DNA of 64,000 nucleotides from Podarcis melisellensis. Taxonomy: Eukaryota. Below the pieces are notes generated by a model. That model had not been told where the DNA came from. It ran no database searches and saw nothing but the letters and a program-made list of their open reading frames with translations. Both the position numbers and the translations under genes were made by a program. Below are positions 12,921 to 27,182 of this stretch, one piece after another. How positions within the stretch are numbered: the first letter of the stretch is position 1; each line of letters opens with the position of its first letter. The stretch lies in NCBI GenBank assembly GCA_964234715.1, contig OZ174275.1. One strand, given 5' to 3'.

Positions 12921-15900
12921 GTGCACTTTTCTGAGAAACCATTTCATTGTTTTTAAAGCATACACATTGTTTGGTTGAGACGCATTGTTCCATTCTGCCC
13001 AGTAAGATATGTTCTCTTCTTATTACGAGCAAAGTTGTCCTAGTGGAACAAGTATTCAGAAAGTATTTTCAGCGAGGTAAAGTACTGAACACAGTTGCTG
13101 TGAAACTGCAAATATTCGTACAAATGTTAATAACCCATAGCATTCTCTGATACACAGAAATGGAACATTTTGTTACTGGTAAAAAAAATTGTTGAGAACT
13201 AGACACATGTTACTGCTGAGTAGGGAGCTGGAAGAAAGCAGATTGCTGGTGTGTGTGTCTGTGTGTTTGAAGTAGGTTTCTTTCATTACTTAGCAAACAT
13301 AACCAGAAAAATGTCTAGAGTTTGTTTCTGGAAATAGAACAGCACTGTCCATATGACAGAATGGATTTTATTTTGTCACATGCTGCCTTGAGTACCTCCC
13401 ATTGAAACAAAAAAGTAGTATATAAATGTGTTTAAAATTAATAATAAAATAAATATATATGTGGCTGCTTGTGTGGGCCAATGGATGTGGAAAATTTGAA
13501 GTATCAGGTAAATTGGCAGGGTCCACTGATCCATGAATCGTCCAGCAGCCATAAAGTGGTTGTATGATTGCTTCACTCAAGTTCCACTTGGTTTCCGTTT
13601 GCTATGCACCACTGCCCAGCCTCATACTTCATAGCTTTCTCAACAAGCTAGTGTGATCATGTTCTCCCAAGCAGTATAAATTCTAGAGAATGTGAGAATG
13701 CTAAAATATCAGCTTTTACTTTATAAAGTGATTTTCAAGCTATCAGCAAATGGTGTGGTTTGTTGGAGGTGTTCAAAACACATCAGAAAATCAGAGGCAC
13801 TGTGGACAGGGCTTCCAGTAATCAACCAAAGGGGCTCCTCTATTATCTGCGCTTTTTCTCCCCATGGTCTTATCACTAGGCAGGAGCGCTGCAAAATTTC
13901 TTAAACTTCAGGCAATTTTTAAAAATCAGTTGCTGCGGTTTCTAGTGCTTCAAACGCTGAAAAGATTTGTAAGGCCTAAACTTCCATTTTGCTTCCTCTT
14001 GCTGCCAATCAGAGGCAGTTGTTGAAACTGCCCCTGATGTATCATGACCTTAATAATCAGCCTACTGTCAGCTAAGAGGAGACTGGGAAGCAGAGGAATA
14101 GAAACATTTACACCCTTGTAACATATTGACAACTAACAGCCTTTTTTGTAACACTGGAGTAATATGATTAGTGTAATACAATCACCTGTTGAAAACAATG
14201 TTTTCACATTTAAAACTATGTTAAAGCTTCCAGACTGTCTTCAGGGGCAGCTCCACATGGAAGACATTACAGTGGTCATAAGACTCTTAGGGAAATCTAT
14301 GGCGCTTGTTTGTATCTGTAACTCATTCTGAACCTTTCCCTTTCTGAATTTAATTCTTATTCTTGCTTGGAAAACTATCTATATACCAATATTTATTGTC
14401 TGCCTTAAAATATTCCCTCAAAATTTAATTTTAAAGGAATTATTGCTTTTAAAGATGCAGAATGAGTCATGTTATTTCCATAGTGTGCTCCAACCATCTA
14501 CAAAGTTGTGCAGAGTAATCTAAAGCCCAAACAAAGTGTGCATAGATTTAGGAGTGAACTTTCAAACTGTTTCAAAAGGGATGTTAACAGCTGTGGTTCA
14601 TTAGAGTTTCTTTAGAGTTTCTTTAATGTTATTGGGAAGCCTTTCTCACTCCAATGCTTTACAGCAAGCCCATGGTGAAAACACATTTTATTTGTTCAGC
14701 TGAATACTTTAAAAGTCAATTGATTATTAACCTGTGAATTATTACAGCTATAGCTTTCCCTGGAAAGAGCTGGGTTTAAATATATCACTGCCCTGTCATA
14801 AAGCGGCTGGATTTGGCTTCCTGTGGGATGAGTCATAATCAAAATCACTTAGTGAAATTGGAATTTATATTGATTTTGGCCTGTTGTTCGTTTCCAGTCC
14901 AGATCCAAATGGGTTTCCCTTTCACTTTAGAGCATCTGAGACGATGAATGGTCTCAAATCCATTACCAAATTACCCTCACTCTTAGGATTAGAGGAAGAG
15001 TGGGCTGCCACCAACCAGTACCTGGTGCTTACTCAACTCAACTTTTGCTGATACAGTAGAAAGTCTGGAGAACTCTAGAATGCCTACATGTGGTTGCATT
15101 TTAGCATAATGGTGCTTGGAAATATCTGAAATTGTTTTTTTCTTCTCTCTCTCATTAGGAAAATTTTCTGTTTTCAAGAGTACATGCCATTGGCTTGGAT
15201 GTTAAGGCAATGAGTTGAAACTTGGATTAATTGGATATAAAGAATGTGTAATGTGTATGGGGGCTGACTCTCTCTGTAGAATACTTAATAAAATAGGTGG
15301 CTGGTTTTTCACATTCTCTTATGCTAAGACACAGATAATTAAGGGTGTGCCTTCTACCATTATCTACCATATCATCTAGTTGTTTGTTTCTCCAAACTGT
15401 CCTGTCCAGTAGTTTTCCACTTTCTTCAAACGGAAGACTTTGCTTGGGCTTCCACCAAATATGTCTGCCCCCCCAACCCCCCACACAGCTACTTCTGACT
15501 ACTTCCAGTTCTGTCCCTTTATAGCATCTTTGACTGCTTAGTCTTTCATCTGCAAACCAGATCAAAAATAGAGGTCTAAGAATACCATGACGTGAAATAT
15601 TGCAGTACAAAACTGAGGCACTGAACTGTCAAAAATTTAGTGCTTCCTAGAATGTCAGATCAGGGAATAGAGATTCAGCCTGGTTCTGTCAATGAGCCTG
15701 GATGCCCAGATTTCAGCAGTGGCAAGGAGTGGTTTTGCATAGCTGAGACTGGTGCACCTTTGAAATTCCTGCCTAGTCTTTTTTAAGGAGTTAGTCAGCC
15801 ATTAGGCAAATACCTTTTTTTTTTAAAGGCCTTTAACCTGTTGGTGTTTTACTTTGGGTTTATTTCTCATCTTTACAAGTTTTTATGTGTTCCCGTTGGT

Positions 15901-16461
15901 TTTGTCATACTATTACTGGATGTTCTTTAAAAAACTGATTTTTGTTATGATTATTGTTAGCCACCTTGGATGCTATATGTAGAAAACTGAAATATAAACT
16001 GAAATGATGATGATGATATTGATAAAGTTTTTTGGTGTAAAATTATTTTCCACCATAAGTTCCAGGGAGGCATTCTTCTAATATGTTGCTATTTCAGTAG
16101 AAATGAGGACCAAACTATGTGTGATGTTTATCACATAGTTTGCCCAAGAGTGTAAACTTCTTCCTGCACAAAGTGCTATAATGAATGGCCAAATCCATAT
16201 CAGGACCTTGGCATATCAGATCCCTTTGCTGTCCACCATGGTCTCAGTCTCAATGAGGGGTCCCACATCTGCAATACCCATTTTTGGGGGCATTCAATTT
16301 GTCTCAGTCAGAACGTCCCCCCTATATAAATTGTTGGTGTGGGGTAGGCAGGGCTTATACAGATCAAGATTGCGGTGAGGGAAGTAAAGAGTTAAAGGGT
16401 TTGATCAGACTCCCACACTGGCAATTTATGAAACCAAAAGCTTGTACTCAAGGGCAAAGTA

Positions 16462-16527
16462 TGTCATAAGCATCATGTGTAGTTTGGCCCTTCATGTGTC
16501 ATAAGCATCATGTGTAGTTTGGCCCTT
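16462..16527. repeat. 31-bp direct tandem duplication
   Basis: tgtcataagcatcatgtgtagtttggccctt at 16462-16492 and 16497-16527. Confidence 0.9.
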
Positions 16528-17506
16528 AGATCGGTGCAGAGAAAGTCAGAATTAAAACCAGTTATTGCAGCAAGAGCAATTACGATTCTTGAAAACTTAC
16601 TTATATTGAAATTGTTCCGTCTGCAGGAGCTGACTTGACACTGAGCATTCCACAGCATTATTCTGCTTTTTCATCAAAAAGAAAATTATTTAGTGCTTTT
16701 CTATGGGTCTTCAGGCTCCACTTAAATCCTGAGATATTTAATGTCTCCAAAAACTGATAAAATCTTCAATTTGGATGAAATGTCTGCTTAAAGGTTACTG
16801 CCTTTGTTAGTTTGTCTGTGCATTTAGAGATAATAGGCATATCTGTTACTTCATTGAAAGTGGTGATCAGAGAAGTGTCTGGGGAATGCATTAATCCATA
16901 TACATAGTTTCTTGTTAAATGCATGTTAACACCATAGGAGCCTGCGTGAGCTAACAAGCATTTTGTGTAATGCAGATACATATTATTTATGCATATAAAT
17001 GCTGATTTCCAGCCACATCCTAAGATCCAAATTTATAAGGTTAATGCTAAAAGGGCTTTTGAAGTCATTGCTTTGTTACCTATTATTTGTGGTGTATTTA
17101 AGGATGAGTTAACAAATCAGTTTTGGTTTCTCTCAGGTTCTTATTTTTCCCATCGTAAGTTCAGCTAGCAATTTCTTTAAAAGTCTGAATGCAAATTGAT
17201 AACATTTCTGTGCATTTTTCTCCTAACATAAACATTTTTGTTTATATTGGTGCTGCACTGTTATTATTAATGCTTATTATTATATGTATACTACTTATAT
17301 CCCAAAATAGCTTCTATTAAATTAATACATACTTAAAATACACAATAACCTTAAATCATCCTTAAAGTATACAATAAAACAAGCAATTAAAAAGCATAAC
17401 ACACAAATTAAAACACTTAAAAACAGTTAAAACTACAGGTCTGTTTTCAGAAGGCAGCAGAATGCCAACACTGATGGGGCTTCTCATATTTTGGTAGGGA
17501 GGGTAA

Positions 17507-17873
17507 GGTAAAGGTAAAGGTAAAGGTACCCCTGCCCGTACGGGCCAGTCTTGCCAGACTCTGGGGTTGTGCGCCCATCTCACTTAAGAGGCCAGGGGCC
17601 AGCGCTGTCCGGAGACACTTCCGGGTCACGTGGCCAGCGTGACATCGCTGCTCTGGCGAGCCAGAGCTGCACACGGAAACGCCGTTTACCTTCCCGCTGG
17701 TAAGCGGTCCCTATTTATCTACTTGCACCCGGAGGTGCTTTCGAACTGCTAGGTTGGCAGGCGCTGGGACCGAGCAGCGGGAGCGCACCCCGCTGCAGGG
17801 ATTCGAACCGCCGGCCTTTCGATCGGCAAGTCCTAGGCGCTGAGGCTTTAACCCACAGCGCCACCTGTGTCCC
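17507..17873 (-). mobile_element. Sauria SINE (Squam1), full length, young
   Basis: tRNA-like head (minus-strand GGTTCGAATCC), (ACCTTT)n tail, many intact CpGs, TSD GTAGGGAGGGTAA (17494-17506 and 17875-17887). Confidence 0.93.
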
Positions 17874-20183
17874 TGTAGGGAGGGTAAACAGACAGGCAAA
17901 TCAGACACTCTCCATCCAGTTCACCCTTTTCGATCTCAGTGATGCAAGCTAGTTTGGTTCCCTCATCCATTGATGGGTAAGGTCCTATTACTTACTGACC
18001 TGGTGTTGCATAACAGCAACATCAGACTATAGAGCCTGGAGGATGCTCTTAGCCTGCACAAAGCTATATCCAGCCGCAAGTGCATGGCTTTTTATTAAGG
18101 AGTACCCGGTGTCATTTGTTATAAGGCAGTATGTAAATACTGTAAATGAATAAATAAAGTACCCATGGTGGGGGAGTTACACAGCTCATTTTCAAGGTAC
18201 TCTGTCCAATGGAGGACAAGCACCTCACTTCACCTTAACAAAGGAAAGGTACACTGCGGCACATGTACTTAGAAGCACTGAGCCCAAATTTTCAAACTCT
18301 GGATGATGGAATGGAAATGTCTCCAACATTTATATCATATTTAAAGGTTAAATCTGCTAAACCTGGCCTCCTTAGTTGTACCAACATTTGTAACCTTGAG
18401 GGAAGATTCAACCCCTGCCTCAGCAGATAGATGAGACAGATTTGGGTTGATGTGCCTCATTTCCTTGGCCAGCCCTAATGCTGGAATGTCTTCCCACAAT
18501 TGTCCCTATTCTTACTGTGTTTATGGCAATTAAGCTAATGCCTGGATTTTCATGGGAGATTCCCAGAGAGAATGGGAAAAGGTACTAGATGGATACACAA
18601 AGCTATAGGAAAGAGGTTAATCTCTATTCCTTCGTTTTTCAGCAAACGCTTTAGGAGATTACTGTAACATTTCCTAATTGTAGTAGCTTAAATGCTCTAC
18701 CCTATGATGATGATGATCAGCACAATCACTATTATCCCTGAATCCTCCAGACAAATTTCATTTACGAAGAGCTTTGCAAAGGAGGACATGTATTAAGTTT
18801 CCAAGATGATGTAAAGAGTAATTAATGTCTCTAGAAAATGTGGATGAGTAACTGCAAATTCCTTTATCCTATTTGCTTAAAGGCTCATCAGAACATAAAG
18901 GAGTTGTTGTAGTGTAGCACAACAAATTTCTCATTCTGGCCACTAGTGGCATTTGTCCCACAACTAACAGCACAATCCTATGTTTGGGAGAAGTTAACCC
19001 TGCTGACTTCAGTGGGACTTACTCCTGATACACGTATGTAGTGTCATGGCCTGAGTCATGTGAAACCATTCTTGGCTTCAGTTTTCATCCCCTGGAGGTG
19101 GTTCTCTTACTGTTGTTTACATCCATGTGAGATTTTGATCAGCTCCTGCCCATCTGGAACTGATACAGGCTCATCTTATCTTGAGCCCAAGCAGAGTAGT
19201 CCAGCAACGAAAGGATAAGTAGGTAAATGTGCTACATTGCTAAAGTTTATTTACACTCTATGCTGAGAGAATACAAACATGCATCTTGCCTCTGTGAGAG
19301 CAGAGAAGCAACTCCCCTAGGAAACAAAGAACACCGAGAGAACACTGAAAAACAGGAAACCAGTGTACATCACATCCAGTCTCCCATTCCTGTGGGAACC
19401 CAACAGTAACTTAGACTGTGGAATGCAAAACAAAGTCTTGTGACATGCATTCGCTGCTCAGTGAGGAAGCAGAAACCAACAATCCATCTGTCTTGGGAGG
19501 AGTGTACCTTTGAGGGTGAAGTCAAACTGTTGGAAGCTTGCAGTGCCTGGTGTGGCTGTAGAAATTGATGCAGGAGAGACATGTTTTGTTGTAGCTGGGG
19601 CAGATGAAGGCATCTGGTTTTGCTGTTGCAGATGCACCATGGTGTTTCTCTTACTAGGCTGGGTGAAATAATGGCACTTTTGTGTCAAGGTAGCCATACA
19701 GCCAAACTATCATTTGACATACATCTCAAAATCCATCATTTGTAATATATAAGGCCTATTGTCTATGAATGCATTGGCCCAAAGCAGTTTGCAGTATGAA
19801 GAAAGTCAAATTGTCACAGTAGATCATCGTCTGTTTCAGTTTGCTCTCATGAAATGACACCTCGTTTCTTCTCAGGCTATGTAAAATGTACAATTCCTGA
19901 TGCAAGTGCAAATTTATCTAGCAAGTGAAAAATGATAGTGTATGACTCCCCACAGTTTTGTTGCATCAAGCTTACATCCCAACTCTATAGGGCAGGTATC
20001 AATATTTGGTAGATCAAGACTAAGCCAAGTGTTATGTATTCTACATTTAAACAATGGAATGTATATAAGGAAGGGGGAGGAATGTTGCAGTCATCTTATG
20101 TACTGTATCTAAATATCATTGGCTTGAGAACTGCACCAACTATTTAAAGAGTGGGGAGTTGAAGTGTCATTTTTATATATTAT

Positions 20184-20338
20184 GCACCTCATGTTTTGCA
20201 TGCAGAGAGTTCCAGGTTTGATATCTGTCATCTGCAGGCAGTACTTGGAAAGTATCCTCTTGGAGACCTTAGAAATCTGCTGCCACTCACTGTAGACAAT
20301 ACTGAGCTACATAGACCAATGGTCTGAGGCAGCTTCCT
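20184..20338 (+). mobile_element. Squam3-like tRNA-derived SINE, degenerate
   Basis: ttgcatgcaga...ccaggttt...ctgctgccactcactgtagacaatactgagcta...gaccaatggtctga...ggcagcttcct. Confidence 0.75.
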
Positions 20339-20416
20339 CCATTTATGCATGTCAGGTGATTTGGGGGGGGGGATTAATCATAACAATATTCTTTTGGCAA
20401 CTGGCCAGAATGTGCT

Positions 20417-20450
<34 letters not shown>

Positions 20451-23135
20451 TGTGTGCACGCATGTGCTGATGGTGGCTTCTCATTTTGCTTTGTTTGCTC
20501 TTTAAGATACATTTTCCATAAATTTGGTATGATCCTGTCAGTGTGAAACAGTTTCAACAGAAAAGGGAGTGGGATTGCTTGCCCACATACGACAGAAAAT
20601 AGGAGTGCATGTTCCTCTTTTGTTTCAACTCCCCAAAGTTTCCTTAAATCACATTCTGGTGACTGAAGCTAATGTTCCTTTTGGGAGGGTACCAGACCAT
20701 CATTAGGAGAAGCCACATTATGCTCTTTCAGTTACATTTTCAACTAAAATCTCTCCTGATTGTACTTACTCAAGTGTTGAACTCACTTCCTTTTTTTTAA
20801 CCCTCACCTTGCATGGGTGGGTCTCTCTACACAGTATGTTTCCCAATAGTTAATTCAATTCTACAGTCCTCATTAAATGTTTATTCTAGACTCTCACTAA
20901 TCCAGACCATCTGCTTGTAGGGATCAGTTTAAGGGCTATGTAAAAAGACATTTTTTAAAAAGGTTATCAGTGTAAACAAATCAATTAATACTGTAGGCAG
21001 ATGATCTGGCACTGGTGGCCTTTATTCCGTAAGCTGTGGGTTATAAACTTATCCCAGACTGCATTTAGTGACTTCAGATTGATTCTCAGAGCTGGCCCTG
21101 ATTTCGGTGACTGAAGGTGATCTGGGATAATTTATACTGTAATCCTGTTCACTGTGTTATTTACACTTCTTGTCTGTTTAAGTCAGTAACAAGCCAGACA
21201 GTTAGAAGCTGGTGATGCAGAAAAGATATTGATCACCAAGTAGCTGGCAATTAGACACAGAGTTTCATATTCTTGGTATTGATTAGTTGTGCTTAACTGT
21301 AGGTTCACATAGTAACAAAACTGCAATAGCAGTGCTGGTGGTGAGATAGAGAGAAGCTACATTAATGCCCCCCACCTAAAAAAAGAAAACCCCAACTTGC
21401 TGTAGAGTTGCTGTAGAACTCAGAAGCTGTTTGAAATACTTATAAAACTTTGTAGCTAACTTGAATCATTTCATACTCCATGAATTCCTCAACAATTTGG
21501 AATCAGTTGTTCTCTGGTGTTATATCTCTCCCCACCCTTTCATTTTTAAAGAAAACATATCCCCACCCCCAATTCCATTCCATCCTGTATGTACAAAGCA
21601 AACCCACTACAAAGTGCTGCACAGGTCAGTTGGACCTCAAAAACTTAGGGTTAAATTCTGTCCCAAGCTAGATTTATCTTTACATAGAAGTTTTAAACAA
21701 TTTCATAATGCAAATTTTCAAGAGTTGTTTCTAATTTATCATAGATATTTTTGAGGTGGTGGAAATTTCTTGAGGTATCTTTTTGTAGGGGTAAATTAGA
21801 CATTAGCTATTGGGGTACATTGGACCCCTTCCGTTATTTACTTTGAGTTCAGTAACTCACCTGGCATTTTGGTGGTTTTCTGATTTGTTTTCTCCTTGTT
21901 TTTTTCTGTGAGCCTAGTCTTTCACCTATGCCTCTCTCTTATTTTCTTTTGCAGGGCTTTCTTTACAGAGGAATTTATGTTAATGTTGTGAGGCCTAGTG
22001 TATCCCAATAGCTTTTGGGGGGTTTTTTGTTGCTTTTTGTGGAATGTGATACCAATTAAATCAAATTTGGCATTAAACTAGATGGCGGGGTAGGGGTGGT
22101 GATGGATTTCTTGAGGAACCCACTTGCAGAATCTGCAGTCAGCGCCTCCATGCAAACAGGTGTAATTGAAACATATTGACTAGTTACTTCTTTTCGTTTC
22201 TAATGACAACTGATTTTTTTAAGGATGGTAAATTGTGGTGATGAGAGCAATATATGATGTACTGGGGGGGGGGGTAGTTCCGTGAGTCTCAGCTGGGGAG
22301 GGGATTGCAGTAGGGCTGCTAGTGAGAATATTGAACAGAAGCCACTGGATTTCAAAGCCATGTAGCTAATAAACACTTTTGATCATGAAATAAATATAGG
22401 CTGTTTCTATTTGTGAATCTATTTATATATAGACAAAAGAAAAAGGAAAAAGAAACTCAACATTTTGAAAATAATGCAGCACTGTTTCCAACTATTGTAG
22501 TAACTGTTCTAGCAAGTACTGGGAAAATATATCTAGAAGTGTAAATATTCAGCATGGGAACTTGCGTTCAGAATTAAGTTGCATTCTTACCCATTGAGCA
22601 ATGGATGACATCTGGCAAGTGAGCCACGTGTGGTGCCTGAAGCTATTATGTGACCCACGGGCTCTTATTAAAATCTGAAGAATCTCATTTTCAATTAAAA
22701 TCATAAAGTAAGTTTCTAGGCCTCAGAGGTACAAAGATGTACATTTAAGATGTAGTGCCAAAATGCTAAACAGCTGGCATCAAAGAAGCAAATAAAAGAT
22801 ACCTGTTTATTGATTTTCAATTCTCATGGTTCCTTCATCCATATATTAACATTTTCTAAAAGCCAAATAGGACGTGACATATTTTAAAGTAACAGTTTAA
22901 GACTTCATGAATAGCAGAGAAAATAGAGCAGGAACATTTCTTTAAAAAATTAAATAAAATATTAAAATAGTATGCCAAAACCAACTCAGGGCAGGTACTT
23001 TTGGTGAGATTTGGCCCATCTCAGGGGAGAAAAATTGTTCGTAGGTAAACTGTATATGCTGCATATGCACAAATATTGAGTTTCCATAAGCAAAAATAAT
23101 ATTTTTAGTGAAAGAAGACATGAATGAGTTGTATA

Positions 23136-23169
<34 letters not shown>

Positions 23170-23348
23170 TGCACCACAGGAGCTACTGTAAATACATGCT
23201 TGTCAATAAATGGCTTGTGGCCATTTGTCCTCCTTGGACTGGGTGTGCTTAGGACTCCAATCTTCTGATTTGGTTTCAGACTCTCTTTCAACTCAAGTAA
23301 CTTAGAACATGCTGTGTAAAGCATAATGGTGAAGAAGAACACATCTGA

Positions 23349-23585
<237 letters not shown>

Positions 23586-25878
23586 TGAGGCCACCTCCTT
23601 GGGCAGAAATTTAATGGTGATGAAAGTGCAAGGGGACAAAAACAAGATGCTATTTAACAGTGGGAGGAGACTACAATTGTAACAGATAATTTACTATCAG
23701 TAGCTAAGCTTTCCTGTTACTTGACAAAAATCACAATACATGAAGAAGCTGCTCATTTCCCATACCACCTTTGTAATTCCTTGCAAATGGTTCAGCAAAA
23801 ATATAAACTAACACCCAAAAGGCAAATATTCATTTAAAGATTGGAGCTTTGGGTTTCTTTTAAGCCTTTACAAAACTTGAATAGTACCTCTATCTACCTC
23901 TGCATTGGGCGTTTTTAGGTTTTGATGGGCAATACTACTGATAGAAACCTTTTATCCTCTTACAGGCTCGTTTTGTTGGTTGGAGAGGAATTAGGTTAAG
24001 GGCGCATTTATGCACATACACAGGCCTGTCAAAGCATCAGTCTGATTTGTTGCAACAGAACAAAAGTTCAGAAGTTAAATAGGCACTGACTGGAATGAAT
24101 ATGTGAGGGCCAAAGAAATATGCAGTGAGCATAAATTGTGTCATTATTTAGTTCAGCAACACTGAAGGTCCACAGGTTCCTCACCCTTGGCTTGAAGACT
24201 GGGACAGATAGTCAAAAGCAGGAGAGCAGTATGTACCCTGCTGTATTAGTCACTTGGAAACAATTGCCATTTATTTATTATGTTTATATCCTGCCTTTCT
24301 TTTAAGGAATTCAAGGCAGCATACATAGTTCTCCATGCTCCTCCATTTATCCTCATAGTAACCCTGTAATGTAGGCAAGGCCAAGAGATAGCTATTTCTC
24401 TGCATTAGGTCACCCTTGTTACTTAGAAGTTTGGAGCTTTCCACTCCAGCATTTGCTTATGGATGGAGTCAGAGGTACTAGAAGTGACTGTTCACTTTAG
24501 TGGTTGTAATAACATGGCACCATGGTGGTGGTTCTTTTTTAAATTCCCATCTGCAAAATGCAATGTCAAGTTAAAGCCTTCATGGGCTAGAATAGTTATC
24601 CTGGGTGGGTTTTTTAAAGTCTGTTTTTTCTCACATTAGTAGCAGTCACATATGCACACGAATAGGTCAACAGGGGTGGGTCCAAAGCGACTTTTATTGT
24701 CATATGTGAAAAAACCGTAAATTAAAAATAAACAAACCAGGAAATTGTATTTTCCCCCTCTTCTGATTAATCTGAAATAAATTAGCATTGTCTTGGTATA
24801 TGACCATTGTTGATGTTCTTAGAACTTCCCATAACAGGAATAAATAAGTCACTTTTCTGTAGAGGTATTAATCATCTCTTAATGAGCATCTGACAAGACT
24901 TTACATTATCCTGCCATATTGGCAAACCCCATAGGGAAGGGAAGCCTTTTATCATCCAGCGGAGGAGGTTACCATTCAGCTGCATCTTGGCAGCCTTAAC
25001 CAGGCACTTCTGTGGAGCAGAATACATATTTCCTGTTAGCACAGCTTTCCACACTTCAGAGATGCTTGTACTTGGTATTAACTAAGAGGCCCACAGTGAG
25101 ACATGGGTTCTCATGCTGCCAATGGGAGAAAAGAATTTTGTTCAGAGATGGGAATACCAGATTAAATATTGATGGTGCTTAAAATCTCAGCATGTAACTA
25201 GCATCCAGAAAAGCATACAGTGAGGCAGGGAAGGTCAAACTGTTGATGGGGTTTCCAATGCAAATTCTTTGACATCTTTTTTTAAAAACAAGCGTTCTCA
25301 TTATCATCTGGGCAGCCACCCCCAACTAATGGTATCTGGGCATTTTCAGAATGTATATGTATAAATGGAGTGGAGGGTTACTGCTTTTTATGCACTATGC
25401 AATTCAACATGGTGTTAGAAGAAACTCTTGAACTAATTTTCAAGTTTAGGGGTTTAAAAGGCTTGATTTATTGCAATGAACAAAACCTGTATTGTGGCCA
25501 TACTTCCTAAATTATCTTTCTTAAAATGGTGTTGTACGTTCCAGGGTTGTGAGGAGGGAAAATAACAAAGATTTTAAATCAGTGATTGCATTAGAAGGGT
25601 AGTGGAGATTATTAATAATGCCGTTGTTACCTTTGTTTGAAAGCTGCCTTGAATATTTCATAGAAGAATGGGGTATAAATATTGATAATATATCAGGAAT
25701 AAAAATAAATATGCCCGTATGAATCTGCAAAATGTTTACTGAAGAGAATCTGTTGGTTGTGGAAAACACTAAAAATGTTTCATTCTCTCGCATTTTCATT
25801 CTCACGCTTCACATCACCTCTTTTTACCATATGTCTGGCACATCTGTACAAATCTCTCTTTCCTCCCCTCATACACAG

Positions 25879-26097
25879 TCCCTCTTTCATGCCACTTCCT
25901 TGCAGAAGACGCACCAGAGTGCCCTCCAGGTGCAGCAGAAGGCGGAGGTATTGCTGCAGGCTGGGCACTATGATGCTGATGCCATAAGGGAATGCGCAGA
26001 AAAGGTGGCACTGCACTGGCAGCAACTAATGTTGAAGATGGAAGACAGACTGAAGCTGGTTAATGCATCTGTCGCTTTTTATAAAACCTCAGAGCAG
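25879..26097 (+). CDS. KALRN: Kalirin coding exon (spectrin repeats); second in-frame acceptor at 25906
   Basis: CACAG acceptor; SLFHATSLQKTHQSALQVQQKAEVLLQAGHYDADAIRECAEKVALHWQQLMLKMEDRLKLVNASVAFYKTSEQ; CAG|GTGAGC donor; 219 nt. Confidence 0.96.
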
Positions 26098-27032
26098 GTG
26101 AGCCGAATGATGTGCAGTGATACTTGTAACTATTAAAAAAAATCCCATAGTATTCATTGTCATAACATTTTATTTAGGGCAGCTGTGACTTCAAATCTCT
26201 GAGCTAGACACATCTTTATATTGCCCACATATTCATTGATGCTGTCTGAATCTTACATAGTCCTAGATTGAGATTCATTAACTACAAATCCCAAGATTTG
26301 GGATCCCCTCCAAACCTCCAAAGTTTTGAGCCAAAACAAATTTTGAGCTTTTGGCTCGGCCTTCTCCACAATGGATGCATATTGTTGCTCAATGCACTGT
26401 ATGAAAGTGCATTGACAGAGAGTGTGGTCAACATCAATTCAGACTGTATTACCGATACATGAATTTTCTGTATGAATAACTTAACTACCTGCAACCCAGG
26501 ATTTTCTTGCATGGTTTGAGCACAAAAACCTAAACAATTAAAATACATATCAAGCCATTTCCAAGGCATCAGTCCTAAATTCGATGCCCTTAACTCACAA
26601 ATAAGAGAACTGGCTAGCTTAGCACCATAGCTGACAAATGCTGACTTGTTGCCCCATTGTCAGCTGGGCAGACAAAGAGACCGTTTCATGAGACCAGGTG
26701 AGTCTCAAACCTACAAACCAATATATTATTTTTCTTCTGTAGTTTTAGCCCAACTTGGAATCCTAAAGTTCTACATCATAAAAAATCCACATTAGGAAAT
26801 AGGCTTCATCAGCTACAGGGCCTGCAAATTAGGTTGGAATTTTCTCTTTAAAAGGTCAATTAATATTTCCCAAACTAGTATGTTCTGAGTTAGGAAGCCC
26901 ATATAACATTTGTCTGTGAATCTCTTCTTTTCTTGTCTTTTGTTAGCTTTCTAGGTTAATGGACTTATAGCAGTTTTTCTATGTTTCTGGATGTAGCTTT
27001 TATAGCTGAAGTACTGTGTCCTTATGCCTCAG

Positions 27033-27182
27033 GTTTGCAGTGTGCTAGAGAGTTTGGAACAGGAATATCGAAGAGATGAAGACTGGTGTGGAGGTCGGGA
27101 TAAGCTTGGGCCAGCGTCTGAAATAGACCATGTCATCCCCTTAATCAGCAAACATCTGGAACAAAAAGAAGCCTTTCTCAAG
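27033..27182 (+). CDS. KALRN: Kalirin coding exon (spectrin repeats)
   Basis: CTCAG acceptor; VCSVLESLEQEYRRDEDWCGGRDKLGPASEIDHVIPLISKHLEQKEAFLK; AAG|GTCTGT donor; 150 nt. Confidence 0.97.

Noticed and set aside
16462-16527. CRISPR-like repeat
   Set aside because: Only two copies with a 4-nt spacer, in a vertebrate intron; a simple tandem duplication.
17790-17873. tRNA gene
   Set aside because: The A/B-box-like sequence is the head of a Sauria SINE, with no complete cloverleaf.
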